Origin: Antedon mediterranea
Lineage: Eukaryota; Animalia; Echinodermata
Length of the DNA: 64,000 nt
NCBI RefSeq assembly: GCF_964355755.1
Contig: NC_092679.1
Coordinates: 4,432,201 to 4,496,200 of the forward strand
Reading direction: 5' to 3'
In this document: piece after piece, positions 1 through 15,000 of the stretch
Layout of the letters: every line of letters starts with the position of its first letter
Position numbering within the stretch: the first letter of the stretch is position 1
Program-made: the position numbers and the translations under genes
Notes under the pieces: model-generated
Database searches by the model: none
Told to the model about the DNA's origin: nothing
Seen by the model: only the letters and a program-made list of their open reading frames with translations

Positions 1-3000
1 TCAATCGCCTAAGTCAGTCAATTGCCTAAGTCAGTCAATCAGTAAATTGCCTAAGTCAGTCTGTCAATCGCCTAAGTCAGTCAGTCAATCGCCTAAGTCA
101 GTCAGTCAATTTCATTTCATTCATTTCATTTCATTTATTTGGTCTCATAAAAATCAATCGCCTAAGTCAGTCAATTGCCTAAGTCAGCCAATCGGTCAAT
201 TGCCTAAGTCAGTCAGTCAATCGCCTAAGTCAGTAAGTCAATCGCCTAAGTCAGTCAGACAATCGCCTGAGTCAGTCAGTCAATCGCCTAAGTCAGTCAG
301 TCCGTCAATCGCCTAAGTCAGTCAGTCAGTCAATCAATCACCTAAGTCAGTCAGTCCGTCAATCGCCTAAGTCAGTCAGTCAGTCAATCAATCGCCTAAG
401 TCAGTCAGTCAGTCAATCGCCTCAGTCAGTCAATCACCTAAGTCAGTCAATCGCCTAAGTCAGTCAGTCAGTCAATCAATCGCCTAAGTCAGTCAGTCAG
501 TCAATCGCCTCAGTCAGTCAATCACCTAAGTCAGTCAGTCAGTCAATCAATCGCCTCAGTCAGTCAATCGCCTAAGTCAGTCAGTCAGTCAATCTCCTCA
601 GTCAGTCAATCGCCTAAGTCAGCCAGTCAATCGCCTCGGTCATCCAATCGCCTAAGTCAGTCAGTCAATCGCCTAAGTAAGTCAGTCAATCGCCTAAGTC
701 AGTCAGTCAATTTCATTTCATTCATTTCATTTCATTTATTTTGTCTCATAAAAATCAATGGCCTAAGTCAGTCAATTGCCTAAGTCAGTCAATCGGTCAA
801 TTGCCTAAGTCAGTCAGTCAATCGCCAAAGTCAGTCAGTCAATCGCCTAAGTCAGTCAGTCAATCGCCTGAGTCAGTCAGTCAATCGCCTAAGTCAGTCA
901 GTCCGTCAATCGCCTAAGTCAGTAAGTCAATCGCCTAAGCCAGTGAATTACCTAAGTCAGTCAGTCATTCGCCTAAGTCAATCAGTCAATCGCCTAAGTC
1001 AGTCACTCAATCGCCTAAGTCAATCAGTCAATTGCCTATGTCAGTCAATCGCCTAAGTCAGTCAGTCACCTAAGTCAGTCAGTCAATCGCCTAAGTCAGT
1101 CAGTCAATCGCCTAAGTCAGTCAGTCAATCGCCTAAGTCAGTCAATCGCCTAAGTCAGTCAGTCAATCGCCTCAGTCAGTCAATCGCCTAAGTCAGTCAG
1201 TCAGTCAATCCCCTCAGTCAGTCAATCGCCTAAGTCAGTCAGTCAATCGCCTCGGTCAGTCAATCAATCGCCTAAGTCAGTCAGTCAATCGCCTAAGTCA
1301 GTCAGTCAATTTCATTTCATTCATTTCATTTCATTTATTTTGTCTCATAGAAATCAATCGCCTAAGTCAGTCAATTGCCTAAGTCAGTCAATCGGTCAGT
1401 CAATTGCCTAAGTCAGTCAATCAGTCAATTGCCTAAGTCAGTCAGTCAATCGCCTAAGTCAGTCAGTAAGTCAATCGCCTAAATCAGTCAATCGCCTAAG
1501 TCAGTCAGTCAGTCAATCAATCGCCTCAGTCAGTCAATCGCCTAAGTCAGTCAGTCAGTCAATCTCCTCAGTCAGTCAATCGCCTAAGTCAGTCAGTCAA
1601 TCGCCTCGGTCAGTCAATCGCCTAAGTCAGTCAGTCAATCGCCTAAGTCAGTCAGTCAATCGCCTAAGTCAGTCAGTCAATTTCATTTCATTCATTTCAT
1701 TTCATTTATTTTATCTCATAAAAATCAATCGCCTAAGTCAGTCAATCGCCTAAGTCAGTCAGTCAATTTCTTTTCATTCATTTCATTTCATTTATTTTGT
1801 CTAATAAAACTCAATCGCCTAAGTCAGTCAATTGCCTAAGTCAGTCAATCAGTCAATTGCCTAAGTCAGTCTGTCAATCGCCTAAGTCAGTCAGTCAATC
1901 GCCTAAGTCAGTCAGTCAATTTCATTTCATTCATTTCATTTCATTTATTTGGTCTCATAAAAATCAATCGCCTAAGTCAGTCAATTGCCTAAGTCAGTCA
2001 ATCGGTCAATTGCCTAAGTCAGTCAGTCAGTCAATCGCCTAAGTCAGTCAGTCAATCGCCTAAGTCAGTCAGTCAATCGCCTGAGTCAGTCAGTCAATCG
2101 CCTAAGTCAGTCAGTCAATCGCCTAAGTCAGTCAGTCAATCGCCTAAGTCAGTCAATCGCCTAAGTCAGTCAGTCAATCGCCTCAGTCAGTCAATCGCCT
2201 AAGTCAGTCAGTCAGTCAATCCCCTCAGTCAGTCAATCGCCTAAGTCAGTCAGTCAATCGCCTCGGTCAGTCAATCAATCGCCTAAGTCAGTCAGTCAAT
2301 CGCCTAAGTCAGTCAGTCAATTTCATTTCATTCATTTCATTTCATTTATTTTGTCTCATAGAAATCAATCGCCTAAGTCAGTCAATTGCCTAAGTCAGTC
2401 AATCAGTCAGTCAATTGCCTAAGTCAGTCAATCAGTCAATTGCCTAAGTCAGTCAGTCAATCGCCTAAGTCAGTCAGTAAGTCAATCGCCTAAATCAGTC
2501 AATCGCCTAAGTCAGTTAGTCAGTCAATCGCCTCAGTCAGTCAATCGCCTAAGTCAGTCAATCGCCTAAGTCAGTCAGTCAGTCAATCAATCGCCTCAGT
2601 CAGTCAATCGCCTAAGTCAGTCAGTCAATCTCCTCAGTCAGTCAATCGCCTAAGTCAGTCAGTCAATCGCCTCGGTCAGTCAATCGCCTAAGTCAGTCAG
2701 TCAATCGCCTAAGTCAGTCAGTCAATCGCCTAAGTCAGTCAGTCAATTTCATTTCATTCATTTCATTTCATTTATTTTATCTCATAAAAATCAATCGCCT
2801 AAGTCAGTCAATCGCCTAAGTCAGTCAGTCAATTTCTTTTCATTCATTTCATTTCATTTATTTTGTCTCATAAAAATCAATCGCCTAAGTCAGTCAATTG
2901 CCTAAGTCAGTCAATCAGTAAATTGCCTAAGTCAGTCTGTCAATCGCCTAAGTCAGTCAGTCAATCGCCTAAGTCAGTCAGTCAATTTCATTTCATTCAT

Positions 3001-6000
3001 TTCATTTCATTTATTTGGTCTCATAAAAATCAATCGCCTAAGTCAGTCAATTGCCTAAGTCAGCCAATCGGTCAATTGCCTAAGTCAGTCAGTCAATCGC
3101 CTAAGTCAGTAAGTCAATCGCCTAAGTCAGTCAGACAATCGCCTGAGTCAGTCAGTCAATCGCCTAAGTCAGTCAGTCCGTCAATCGCCTAAGTCAGTCA
3201 GTCAGTCAATCAATCACCTAAGTCAGTCAGTCCGTCAATCGCCTAAGTCAGTCAGTCAGTCAATCAATCGCCTCAGTCAGTCAGTCAATCGCCTCAGTCA
3301 GTCAATCACCTAAGTCAGTCAATCGCCTAAGTCAGTCAGTCAGTCAATCAATCGCCTAAGTCAGTCAGTCAGTCAATCGCCTCAGTCAGTCAATCACCTA
3401 AGTCAGTCAGTCAGTCAATCAATCGCCTCAGTCAGTCAATCGCCTAAGTCAGTCAGTCAGTCAATCTCCTCAGTCAGTCAATCGCCTAAGTCAGCCAGTC
3501 AATCGCCTCGGTCATCCAATCGCCTAAGTCAGTCAGTCAATCGCCTAAGTAAGTCAGTCAATCGCCTAAGTCAGTCAGTCAATTTCATTTCATTCATTTC
3601 ATTTCATTTATTTTGTCTCATAAAAATCAATCGCCTAAGTCAGTCAATTGCCTAAGTCAGTCAATCGGTCAATTGCCTAAGTCAGTCAGTCAATCGCCAA
3701 AGTCAGTCAGTCAATCGCCTAAGTCAGTCAGTCAATCGCCTGAGTCAGTCAGTCAATCGCCTAAGTCAGTCAGTCCGTCAATCGCCTAAGTCAGTCAGTC
3801 AGTCAATCAATCACCTAAGTCAGTCAGTCCGTCAATCGCCTAAGTCAGTCAGTCAGTCAATCAATCGCCTAGGTCAGTCAGTCAGTCAATCGCCTCAGTC
3901 AGTCAATCACCTAAGTCAGTCAATCGCCTAAGTCAGTCAGTCAATTGCCTAAGTCAGTCAATCAATTGCCTAAGTCAGTCAGTCAGTCAATCGCCTAAGT
4001 CAGTCAATCAATCGCCTAAGTCAGTCAGTCAGTCAATCTCCTCAGTCAGTCAATCGCCTAAGTCAGTCAGTCAATCGCCTCGGTCAGTCAATCGCCTAAG
4101 TCAGTCAGTCAATCGCCTAAGTCAGTCAGTCAATCGCCTAAGTCAGTCAGTCAATTTCATTTCATTCATTTCATTTCATTTATTTTATCTCATAAAAATC
4201 AATCGCCTAAGTCAGTCAATCGCCTAAGTCAGTCAGTCAATTTCTTTTCATTCATTTCATTTCATTTATTTTGTCTAATAAAAATCAATCGCCTAAGTCA
4301 GTCAATTGCCTAAGTCAGTCAATCAGTCAATTGCCTAAGTCAGTCTGTCAATCGCCTAAGTCAGTCAGTCAATCGCCTAAGTCAGTCAGTCAATTTCATT
4401 TCATTCATTTCATTTCATTTATTTGGTCTCATAAAAATCAATCGCCTAAGTCAGTCAATTGCCTAAGTCAGTCAATCGGTCAATTGCCTAAGTCAGTCAG
4501 TCAGTCAATCGCCTAAGTCAGTCAGTCAATCGCCTAAGTCAGTCAGTCAATCGCCTGAGTCAGTCAGTCAATCGCCTAAGTCAGTCAGTCCGTCAATCGC
4601 CTAAGTCAGTCAGTCAGTCAATCAATCACCTAAGTCAGTCAGTCCGTCAATCGCCTAAGTCAGTCAGTCAGTCAATCAATCGCCTAAGTCAGTCAGTCAG
4701 TCAATCGCCTCAGTCAGTCAATCACCTAAGTCAGTCAATCGCCTAAGTCAGTCAGTCAGTCAATCAATCGCCTCAGTCAGTCAATCGCCTAAGTCAGTCA
4801 GTCAGTCAATCAATCGCCTCAGTCAGTCAATCGCCTAAGTCAGTCAGTCAGTCAATCTCCTCAGTCAGTCAATCGCCTAAGTCAGTCAGTCAATCGCCTC
4901 GGTCAGTCAATCGCCTAAGTCAGTCAGTCAATCGCCTAAGTCAGTCAGTCAATTTCATTTCATTAATTTCATTTCATTTATTTTGTCTCATAAAAATCAA
5001 TCGCCTCGGTCAGTCAATCGCCTAAGTCAGTCAGTCAATTTCTTTTCATTCATTTCACTTCATTTATTTTGTCTCATAAAAATCAATCGCCTAAGTCAGT
5101 CAATTGCCTAAGTCAGTCAATCAGTAAATTGCCTAAGTCAGTCTGTCAATCGCCTAAGTCAGTCAGTCAATCGCCTAAGTCAGTCAGTCAATTTCATTTC
5201 ATTCATTTCATTTCATTTATTTGGTCTCATAAAAATCAATCACCTAAGTCAGTCAATTGCCTAAGTCAGCCAATCGGTCAATTGCCTAAGTCAGTCAGTC
5301 AATCGCCTAAGTCAGTAAGTCAATCGCCTAAGTCAGTCAGACAATCGCCTGAGTCAGTCAGTCAATCGCCTAAGTCAGTCAGTCCGTCAATCGCCTAAGT
5401 CAGTCAGTCAGTCAATCAATCACCTAAGTCAGTCAGTCCGTCAATCGCCTCAGTCAGTCAGTCAGTCAATCAATCGCCTAAGTCAGTCAGTCAGTCAATC
5501 GCCTCAGTCAGTCAATCACCTAAGTCAGTTAATCGCCTAAGACAGTCAGTCAGTCAATCAATCGCCTAAGTCAGTCAGTCAGTCAATCGCCTCAGTCAGT
5601 CAATCACCTAAGTCAGTCAGTCAGTCAATCAATCGCCTCAGTCAGTCAATCGCCTAAGACAGTCAGTCAGTCAATCTCCTCAGTCAGTCAATCGCCTAAG
5701 TCAGCCAGTCAATCGCCTCGGTCATCCAATCGCCTAAGTCAGTCAGTCAATCGCCTAAGTAAGTCAGTCAATCGCCTAAGTCAGTCAGTCAATTTCATTT
5801 CATTCATTTCATTTCATTTATTTTGTCTCATAAAAATCAATCGCCTAAGTCAGTCAATTGCCTAAGTCAGTCAATCGGTCAATAGCCTAAGTCAGTCAGT
5901 CAATCGCCAAAGTCAGTCAGTCAATCGCCTAAGTCAGTCAGTCAATCGCCTGAGTCAGTCAGTCAATCGCCTAAGTCAGTCAGTCCGTCAATCGCCTAAG

Positions 6001-9000
6001 TCAGTCAGTCAGTCAATCAATCACCTAAGTCAGTCAGTCCGTCAATCGCCTAAGTCAGTCAGTCAGTCAATCAATCGCCTAAGTCAGTCAGTCAGTCAAT
6101 CGCCTCAGTCAGTCAATCACCTAAGTCAGTCAATCGCCTAAGTCAGTCAGTCAATTGCCTAAGTCAGTCAATCAATTGCCTAAGTCAGTCAGTCAGTCAA
6201 TCGCCTAAGTCAGTCAATCAATCGCCTAAGTCAGTCACTCAATCGCCTAAGTCAGTCAATCGCGTAAGTCAGTCAATCAATCGCCTAAGTCAGTCAATCG
6301 CCTAAGTCAGTCAGTCGCCTAAGTCAGTAAGTCAATCGCCTAAGCCAGTGAATTACCTAAGTCAGTCAGTCATTCGCCTAAGTCAATCAGTCAATCGCCT
6401 AAGTCAGTCACTCAATCGCCTAAGTCAATCAGTCAATTGCCTAAGTCAGTCAATCGCCTAAGTCAGTCAGTCACCTAAGTCAGTCAGTCAATCGCCTAAG
6501 TCAGTCAGTCAATCGCCTAAGTCAGTCAGTCAATCGCCTAAGTCAGTCAGTCAATCGCCTAAGTCAGTCAATCGCCTAAGTCAGTCAGTCAATCGCCTCA
6601 GTCAGTCAATCGCCTAAGTCAGTCAGTCAGTCAATCCCCTCAGTCAGTCAATCGCCTAAGTCAGTCAGTCAATCGCCTCGGTCAGTCAATCAATCGCCTA
6701 AGTCAGTCAGTCAATCGCCTAAGTCAGTCAGTCAATTTCATTTCATTCATTTCATTTCATTTATTTTGTCTCATAGAAATCAATCGCCTAAGTCAGTCAA
6801 TTGCCTAAGTCAGTCAATCAGTCAGTCAATTGCCTAAGTCAGTCAATCAGTCAATTGCCTAAGTCAGTCAGTCAATCGCCTAAGTCAGTCAGTAAGTCAA
6901 TCGCCTAAATCAGTCAATCGCCTAAGTCAGTTAGTCAGTCAATCGCCTCAGTCAGTCAATCGCCTAAGTCAGTCAATCGCCTAAGTCAGTCAGTCAGTCA
7001 ATCAATCGCCTCAGTCAGTCAATCGCCTAAGTCAGTCAGTCAGTCAATCTCCTCAGTCAGTCAATCGCCTAAGTCAGTCAGTCAATCGCCTCGGTCAGTC
7101 AATCGCCTAAGTCAGTCAGTCAATCGCCTAAGTCAGTCAGTCAATCGCCTAAGTCAGTCAGTCAATTTCATTTCATTCATTTCATTTCATTTATTTTATC
7201 TCATAAAAATCAATCGCCTAAGTCAGTCAATCGCCTAAGTCAGTCAGTCAATTTCTTTTCATTCATTTCATTTCATTTATTTTGTCTCATAAAAATCAAT
7301 CCCCTAAGTCAGTCAATTGCCTAAGTCAGTCAATCAGTCAATTGCCTAAGTCAGTCTGTCAATCGCCTAAGTCAGTCAGTCAATCGCCTAAGTCAGTCAG
7401 TCAATTTCATTTCATTCATTTCATTTCATTTATTTGGTCTCATAAAAATCAATCGCCTAAGTCAGTCAATTGCCTAAGTCAGTCAATCGGTCAATTGCCT
7501 AAGTCAGTCAGTCAGTCAATCGCCTAAGTCAGTCAGTCAATCGCCTAAGTCAGTCAGTCAATCGCCTGAGTCAGTCAGTCAATCGCCTAAGTCAGTCAGT
7601 CCGTCAATCGCCTAAGTCAGTCAGTCAGTCAATCAATCACCTAAGTCAGTCAGTCCGTCAATCGCCTAAGTCAGTCAGTCAGTCAATCAATCGCCTAAGT
7701 CAGTCAGTCAGTCAATCGCCTCAGTCAGTCAATCACCCAAGTCAGTCAATCGCCTAAGTCAGTCAGTCCGTCAATCGCCTAAGTCAGTCAGTCAATCGCC
7801 TAAGTCAGTCAGTCAATTTCATTTCATTCATTTCATTTCATTTATTTTATCTCATAAAAATCAATCGCCTAAGTCAGTCAATCGCCTAAGTCAGTCAGTC
7901 AATTTCTTTTCATTCATTTCATTTCATTTATTTTGTCTCATAAAAATCAATCGCCTAAGTCAGTCAATTGCCTAAGTCAGTCAATCAGTCAATTGCCTAA
8001 GTCAGTCTGTCAATCGCCTAAGTCAGTCAGTCAATCGCCTAAGTCAGTCAGTCAATTTCATTTCATTCATTTCATTTCATTTATTTGGTCTCATAAAAAT
8101 CAATCGCCTAAGTCAGTCAATTGCCTAAGTCAGTCAATCGGTCAATTGCCTAAGTCAGTCAGTCAGTCAATCGCCTAAGTCAGTCAGTCAATCGCCTCAG
8201 TCAGTCAATCACCTAAGTCAGTCAATCGCCTAAGTCAGTCAGTCCGTCAATCGCCTAAGTCAGTCAGTCAGTCAATCAATCACCTAAGTCAGTCAGTCCG
8301 TCAATCGCCTAAGTCAGTCAGTCAGTCAATCAATCGCCTAAGTCAGTCAGTCAGTCAATCGCCTCAGTCAGTCAATCACCTAAGTCAGTCAATCGCCTAA
8401 GTCAGTCAGTCAGTCAATCAATCGCCTCAGTCAGTCAATCGCCTAAGTCAGTCAATCGCCTAAGTCAGTCAGTCAATCAATCGCCTCAGTCAGTCAATCG
8501 CCTAAGTCAGTCAGTCAGTCAATCTCCTCAGTCAGTCAATCGCCTAAGTCAGTCAGTCAATCGCCTCGGTCAGTCAATCGCCTAAGTCAGTCAGTCAATC
8601 GCCTAAGTCAGTCAGTCAATTTCATTTCATTCATTTCATTTCATTTATTTTGTCTCATAAAAATCAATCGCCTTGGTCAGTCAATCGCCTAAGTCAGTCA
8701 GTCAATTTCTTTTCATTCATTTCATTTCATTTATTTTGTCTCATAAAAATCAATCGCCTAAGTCAGTCAATTGCCTAAGTCAGTCAATCAGTAAATTGCC
8801 TAAGTCAGTCTGTCAATCGCCTAAGTCAGTCAGTCAATCGCCTAAGTCAGTCAGTCAATTTCATTTCATTCATTTCATTTATTTGGTCTCATAAAAATCA
8901 ATCGCCTAAGTCAGTCAATTGCCTAAGTCAGCCAATCGGTCAATTGCCTAAGTCAGTCAGTCAATCGCCTAAGTCAGTAAGTCAATCGCCTAAGTCAGTC

Positions 9001-12000
9001 AGACAATCGCCTGAGTCAGTCAGTCAATCGCCTAAGTCAGTCAGTCCGTCAATCGCCTAAGTCAGTCAGTCAGTCAATCAATCACCTAAGTCAGTCAGTC
9101 CGTCAATCGCCTCAGTCAGTCAGTCAGTCAATCAATCGCCTAAGTCAGTCAGTCAGTCAATCGCCTCAGTCAGTCAATCACCTAAGTCAGTTAATCGCCT
9201 AAGACAGTCAGTCAGTCAATCAATCGCCTAAGTCAGTCAGTCAGTCAATCGCCTCAGTCAGTCAATCACCTAAGTCAGTCAGTCAGTCAATCAATCGCCT
9301 CAGTCAGTCAATTGCCTAAGTCAATCAGTCAGTCAATCTCCTCAGTCAGTCAATCGCCTAAGTCAGTCAGTCAATCGCCTCGGTCATCCAATCGCCTAAG
9401 TCAGTCAGTCAATCGCCTAAGTCAGTCAGTCAATCGCCTAAGTCAGTCAGTCAATTTCATTTCATTCATTTCATTTCATTTATTTTGCCTCATAAAAATC
9501 AATCGCCTAAGTAAGTCAATTGCCTAAGTCAGTCAATCGGTCAATTGCCTAAGTCAGTCAGTCAATCGCCAAAGTCAGTCAGTCAATCGCCTAAGTCAGT
9601 CAGTCAATCGCCTGAGTCAGTCAGTCAATCGCCTAAGTCAGTCAGTCAGTCAATCAATCGCCTCAGTCAGTCAATCGCCTAAGTCAGTCAGTCAGTCAAT
9701 CTCCTCAGTCAGTCAATCGCCTAAGTCAGTCAGTCAATCGCCTAAGTCAGTCAGTCAATCGCCTAAGTCAGTCAGTCAATCGCCTAAGTCAGTCAGTCAA
9801 TCGCCTAAGTCAGTCAGTCAATTTCATTTCATTCATTTCATTTCATTTATTTTGTCTCATAGATATCAATCGCCTAAGTCAGTCAATCGCCTAAGTCAGT
9901 CAGTCAATTTCTTTTCATTCATTTCATTTCATTTATTTTGTCTCATAAAAATCAATCACCTAAGTCAGTCAATTGCCTAAGTCAGTCAATCAGTCAATTG
10001 CCTAAGTCAGTCTGTCAATCGCCTAAGTCAGTCAGTCAATCGCCTAAGTCAGTCAGTCAATTTCATTTCATTCATTTCATTTCATTTATTTGGTCTCATA
10101 AAAATCAATCGCCTAAGTCAGTCAATTGCCTAAGTTAGTCAATCGGTCAATTGCCTAAGTCAGTCAGTCAATCGCCTAAGTCAGTCAGTCAATTTTATTT
10201 CATTCATTTCATTTCATTTATTTGGTCTCATAAAAATCAATCGCCTAAGTCAGTCAATTGCCTAAGTCAGCCAATCGGTCAATTGCCTAAGTCAGTCAGT
10301 CAATCGCCTAAGTCAGTAAGTCAATCGCCTAAGTCAGTCAGACAATCGCCTGAGTCAGTCAGTCAATCGCCTAAGTCAGTCAGTCCGTCAATCGCCTAAG
10401 TCAGTCAGTCAATCAATCACCTAAGTCAGTCAGTCCGTCAATCGCCTCAGTCAGTCAGTCAGTCAATCAATCGCCTAAGTCAGTCAGTCAGTCAATCGCC
10501 TCAGTCAGTCAATCACCTAAGTCAGTTAATCGCCTAAGACAGTCAGTCAGTCAATCAATCGCCTAAGTCAGTCAGTCAGTCAATCGCCTCAGTCAGTCAA
10601 TCACCTAAGTCAGTCAGTCAGTCAATCAATCGCCTCAGTCAGTCAATTGCCTAAGTCAGTCAGTCAGTCAATCTCCTCAGTCAGTCAATCGCCTAAGTCA
10701 GTCAGTCAATCGCCTCGGTCATCCAATCGCCTAAGTCAGTCAGTCAATCGCCTAAGTCAGTCAGTCAATCGCCTAAGTCAGTCAGTCAATTTCATTTCAT
10801 TCATTTCATTTCATTTATTTTGCCTCATAAAAATCAATCGCCTAAGTAAGTCAATTGCCTAAGTCAGTCAATCGGTCAATTGCCTAAGTCAGTCAGTCAA
10901 TCGCCAAAGTCAGTCAGTCAATTGCCTAAGTCAGTCAGTCAATCGCCTGAGTCAGTCAGTCAATCGCCTAAGTCAGTCAGTCAGTCAATCAATCGCCTCA
11001 GTCAGTCAATCGCCTAAGTCAGTCAGTCAGTCAATCTCCTCAGTCAGTCAATCGCCTAAGTCAGTCAGTCAATCGCCTAAGTCAGTCAGTCAATCGCCTA
11101 AGTCAGTCAGTCAATCGCCTAAGTCAGTCAGTCAATTTCATTTCATTCATTTCATTTCATTTATTTTGTCTCATAGATATCAATCGCCTAAGTCAGTCAA
11201 TCGCCTAAGTCAGTCAGTCAATTTCTTTTCATTCATTTCATTTCATTTATTTTGTCTCATAAAAATCAATCACCTAAGTCAGTCAATTGCCTAAGTCAGT
11301 CAATCAGTCAATTGCCTAAGTCAGTCTGTCAATCGCCTAAGTCAGTCAGTCAATCGCCTAAGTCAGTCAGTCAATTTCATTTCATTCATTTCATTTCATT
11401 TATTTGGTCTCATAAAAATCAATCGCCTAAGTCAGTCAATTGCCTAAGTTAGTCAATCGGTCAATTGCCTAAGTCAGTCAGTCAATCGCCTAAGTCAGTC
11501 AGTCAATTTTATTTCATTCATTTCATTTCATTTATTTGGTCTCATAAAAATCAATCGCCTAAGTCAGTCAATTGCCTAAGTCAGTCAATCGGTCAATTGC
11601 CTAAGTCCATCAGTCAATCGCCTAAGTCAGTCAGTCAGTCAATCCCCTCAGTCAGTCAATCGCCTAAGTCAGTCAGTCAATCGCCTCGGTCAGTCAATCA
11701 ATCGCCTAAGTCAGTCAGTCAATCGCCTAAGTCAGTCAGTCAATTTCATTTCATTCATTTCATTTCATTTATTTTGTCTCATAGAAATCAATCGCCTAAG
11801 TCAGTCAATTGCCTAAGTCAGTCAATCAGTCAATTGCCTAAGTCAGTCAGTCAATCGCCTAAGTCAGTCAGTAAGTCAATCGCCTAAATCAGTCAGTCAA
11901 TTGCCTAAGTCAGTCAATCGCCTAAGTCAGTCAGTCAATCTCCTCAGTAAGCCAATCGCCTAAGTCAGTCAGTCAATTGCCTCGGTCAGTCAATCGCCTA

Positions 12001-15000
12001 AGTCAGTCAGTCAATCGCCTAAGTCAGTCAGTCAATCGCCTAAGTCAGTCAGTCAATTTCATTTCATTCATTTCATTTCATTTATTTTATCTCATAAAAA
12101 TCAATCGCCTAAGTCAGTCAATCGCCTAAGTCAGTCAGTCAATTTCTTTTCATTCATTTCATTTCATTTATTTTGTCTCATAAAAATCAATCGCCTAAGT
12201 CAGTCAATTGCCTAAGTCAGTCAATCAGTCAATTGCCTAAGTCAGTCTGTCAATCGCCTAAGTCAGTCAGTCAATCGCCTAAGTCAGTCAGTCAATTTCA
12301 TTTCATTCATTTCATTTCATTTATTTGGTCTCATAAAAATCAATCGCCTAAGTCAGTCAATTGCCTAAGTCTGTCAATCGGTCAATTGCCTAAGTCAGTC
12401 AGTCAGTCAATCGTTTAAGTCAGTCAGTCAATCGCCTAAGTCAGTCAGTCAATCGCCTGAGTCAGTCAGTCAATCGCCTAAGTCAGTCAGTCCGTCAATC
12501 GCCTAAGTCAGTTAGTCAGTCAATCAATCACCTAAGTCAGTCAGTCCGTCAATCGCCTAAGTCAGTCAGTCAATCGCCTAAGTCAGTCAGTCAATTTCAT
12601 TTCATTTCATTTATTTTATCTCATAAAAATCAATTGCCTAAGTCAGTCAATCGCCTAAGTCAGTCAGTCAATTTCTTTTCATTCATTTCATTTCATTTAT
12701 TTTGTCTCATAAAAATCAATCGCCTAAGTCAGTCAATTGCCTAAGTCAGTCAATCAGTCAATTGCCTAAGTCAGTCTGTCAATCGCCTAAGTCAGTCAGT
12801 CAATCGCCTAAGTCAGTCAGTCAATTTCATTTCATTCATTTCATTTCATTTATTTGGTCTCATAAAAATCAATCGCCTAAGTCAGTCAATTGCCTAAGTC
12901 AGTCAATCGGTCAATTGCCTAAGTCAGTCAGTCAGTCAATCGCCTAAGTCAGTCAGTCAATCGCCTAAGTCAGTCAGTCAGTCAATCGCCTAAGTCAGTC
13001 AGTCCGTCAATCGCCTAAGTCAGTCAGTCAGTCAATCAATCACCTAAGTCAGTCAGTCCGTCAATCGCCTAAGTCAGTCAGTCAGTCAATCAATCGCCTA
13101 AGTCAGTCAGTCAGTCAATCGCCTCAGTCAGTCAATCACCTAAGTCAGTCAATCGCCTAAGTCAGTCAGTCCGTCAATCGCCTAAGTCAGTCAGTCAATC
13201 GCCTAAGTCAGTCAGTCAATTTCATTTCATTCATTTCATTTATTTTATCTCATAAAAATCAATCGCCTAAGTCAGTCAATCGCCTAAGTCAGTCAGTCAA
13301 TTTCTTTTCATTCATTTCATTTCATTTATTTTGTCTCATAAAAATCAATCGCCTAAGTCAGTCAATTGCCTAAGTCAGTCAATCGCCTAAGTCAGTCAGT
13401 CAATCGCCTAAGTCAGTCAGTCAATCGCCTAAGTCAGTCAGTCAATTGCCTAAGTCAGTCAATCGCCTAAGTCAGTCAGTCAATCGCCTCAGTCAGTCAA
13501 TCGCCTAAGTCAGTCAGTCAGTCAATCCCCTCAGTCAGTCAATCGCCTAAGTCAGTCAGTCAATCGCCTCGGTCAGTCAATCAATCGCCTAAGTCAGTCA
13601 GTCAATCGCCTAAGTCAGTCAGTCAATTTCATTTCATTCATTTCATTTCATTTATTTTGTCTCATAGAAATCAATCGCCTAAGTCAGTCAATTGCCTAAG
13701 TCAGTCAATCAGTCAATTGCCTAAGTCAGTCAGTCAATCGCCTAAGTCAGTCAGTAAGTCAATCGCCTAAATCAGTCAGTCAATTGCCTAAGTCAGTCAA
13801 TCGCCTAAGTCAGTCAGTCAGTCAATCTCCTCAGTAAGCCAATCGCCTAAGTCAGTCAGTCAATTGCCTCGGTCAGTCAATCGCCTAAGTCAGTCAGTCA
13901 ATCGCCTAAGTCAGTCAGTCAATCGCCTAAGTCAGTCAGTCAATCGCCTAAGTCAGTCAGTCAATTTCATTTCATTCATTTCATTTCATTTATTTTATCT
14001 CATAAAAATCAATCGCCTAAGTCAGTCAATCGCCTAAGTCAGTCAGTCAATTTCTTTTCATTCATTTCATTTCATTTATTTTGTCTCATAAAAATCAATC
14101 GCCTAAGTCAGTCAATCAGTCAATTGCCTAAGTCAGTCTGTCAATCGCCTAAGTCAGTCAGTCAATCGCCTAAGTCAGTCAGTCAATTTCATTTCATTCA
14201 TTTCATTTCATTTATTTGGTCTCATAAAAATCAATCGCCTAAGTCAGTCAATTGCCTAAGTCTGTCAATCGGTCAATTGCCTAAGTCAGTCAGTCAGTCA
14301 ATCGTTTAAGTCAGTCAGTCAATCGCCTAAGTCAGTCAGTCAATCGCCTGAGTCAGTCAGTCAATCGCCTAAGTCAGTCAGTCCGTCAATCGCCTAAGTC
14401 AGTCAGTCAGTCAATCAATCACCTAAGTCAGTCAGTCCGTCAATCGCCTAAGTCAGTCAGTCAATCGCCTAAGTCAGTCAGTCAATTTCATTTCATTCAT
14501 TTCATTTCATTTATTTTATCTCATAAAAATCAATTGCCTAAGTCAGTCAATCGCCTAAGTCAGTCAGTCAATTTCTTTTCATTCATTTCATTTCATTTAT
14601 TTTGTCTCATAAAAATCAATCGCCTAAGTCAGTCAATTGCCTAAGTCAGTCAATCAGTCAATTGCCTAAGTCAGTCTGTCAATCGCCTAAGTCAGTCAGT
14701 CAATCGCCTAAGTCAGTCAGTCAATTTCATTTCATTCATTTCATTTCATTTATTTGGTCTCATAAAAATCAATCGCCTAAGTCAGTCAATTGCCTAAGTC
14801 AGTCAATCGGTCAATTGCCTAAGTCAGTCAGTCAGTCAATCGCCTAAGTCAGTCAGTCAATCGCCTAAGTCAGTCAGTCAGTCAATCGCCTAAGTCAGTC
14901 AGTCCGTCAATCGCCTAAGTCAGTCAGTCAGTCAATCAATCACCTAAGTCAGTCAGTCCGTCAATCGCCTAAGTCAGTCAGTCAGTCAATCAATCGCCTA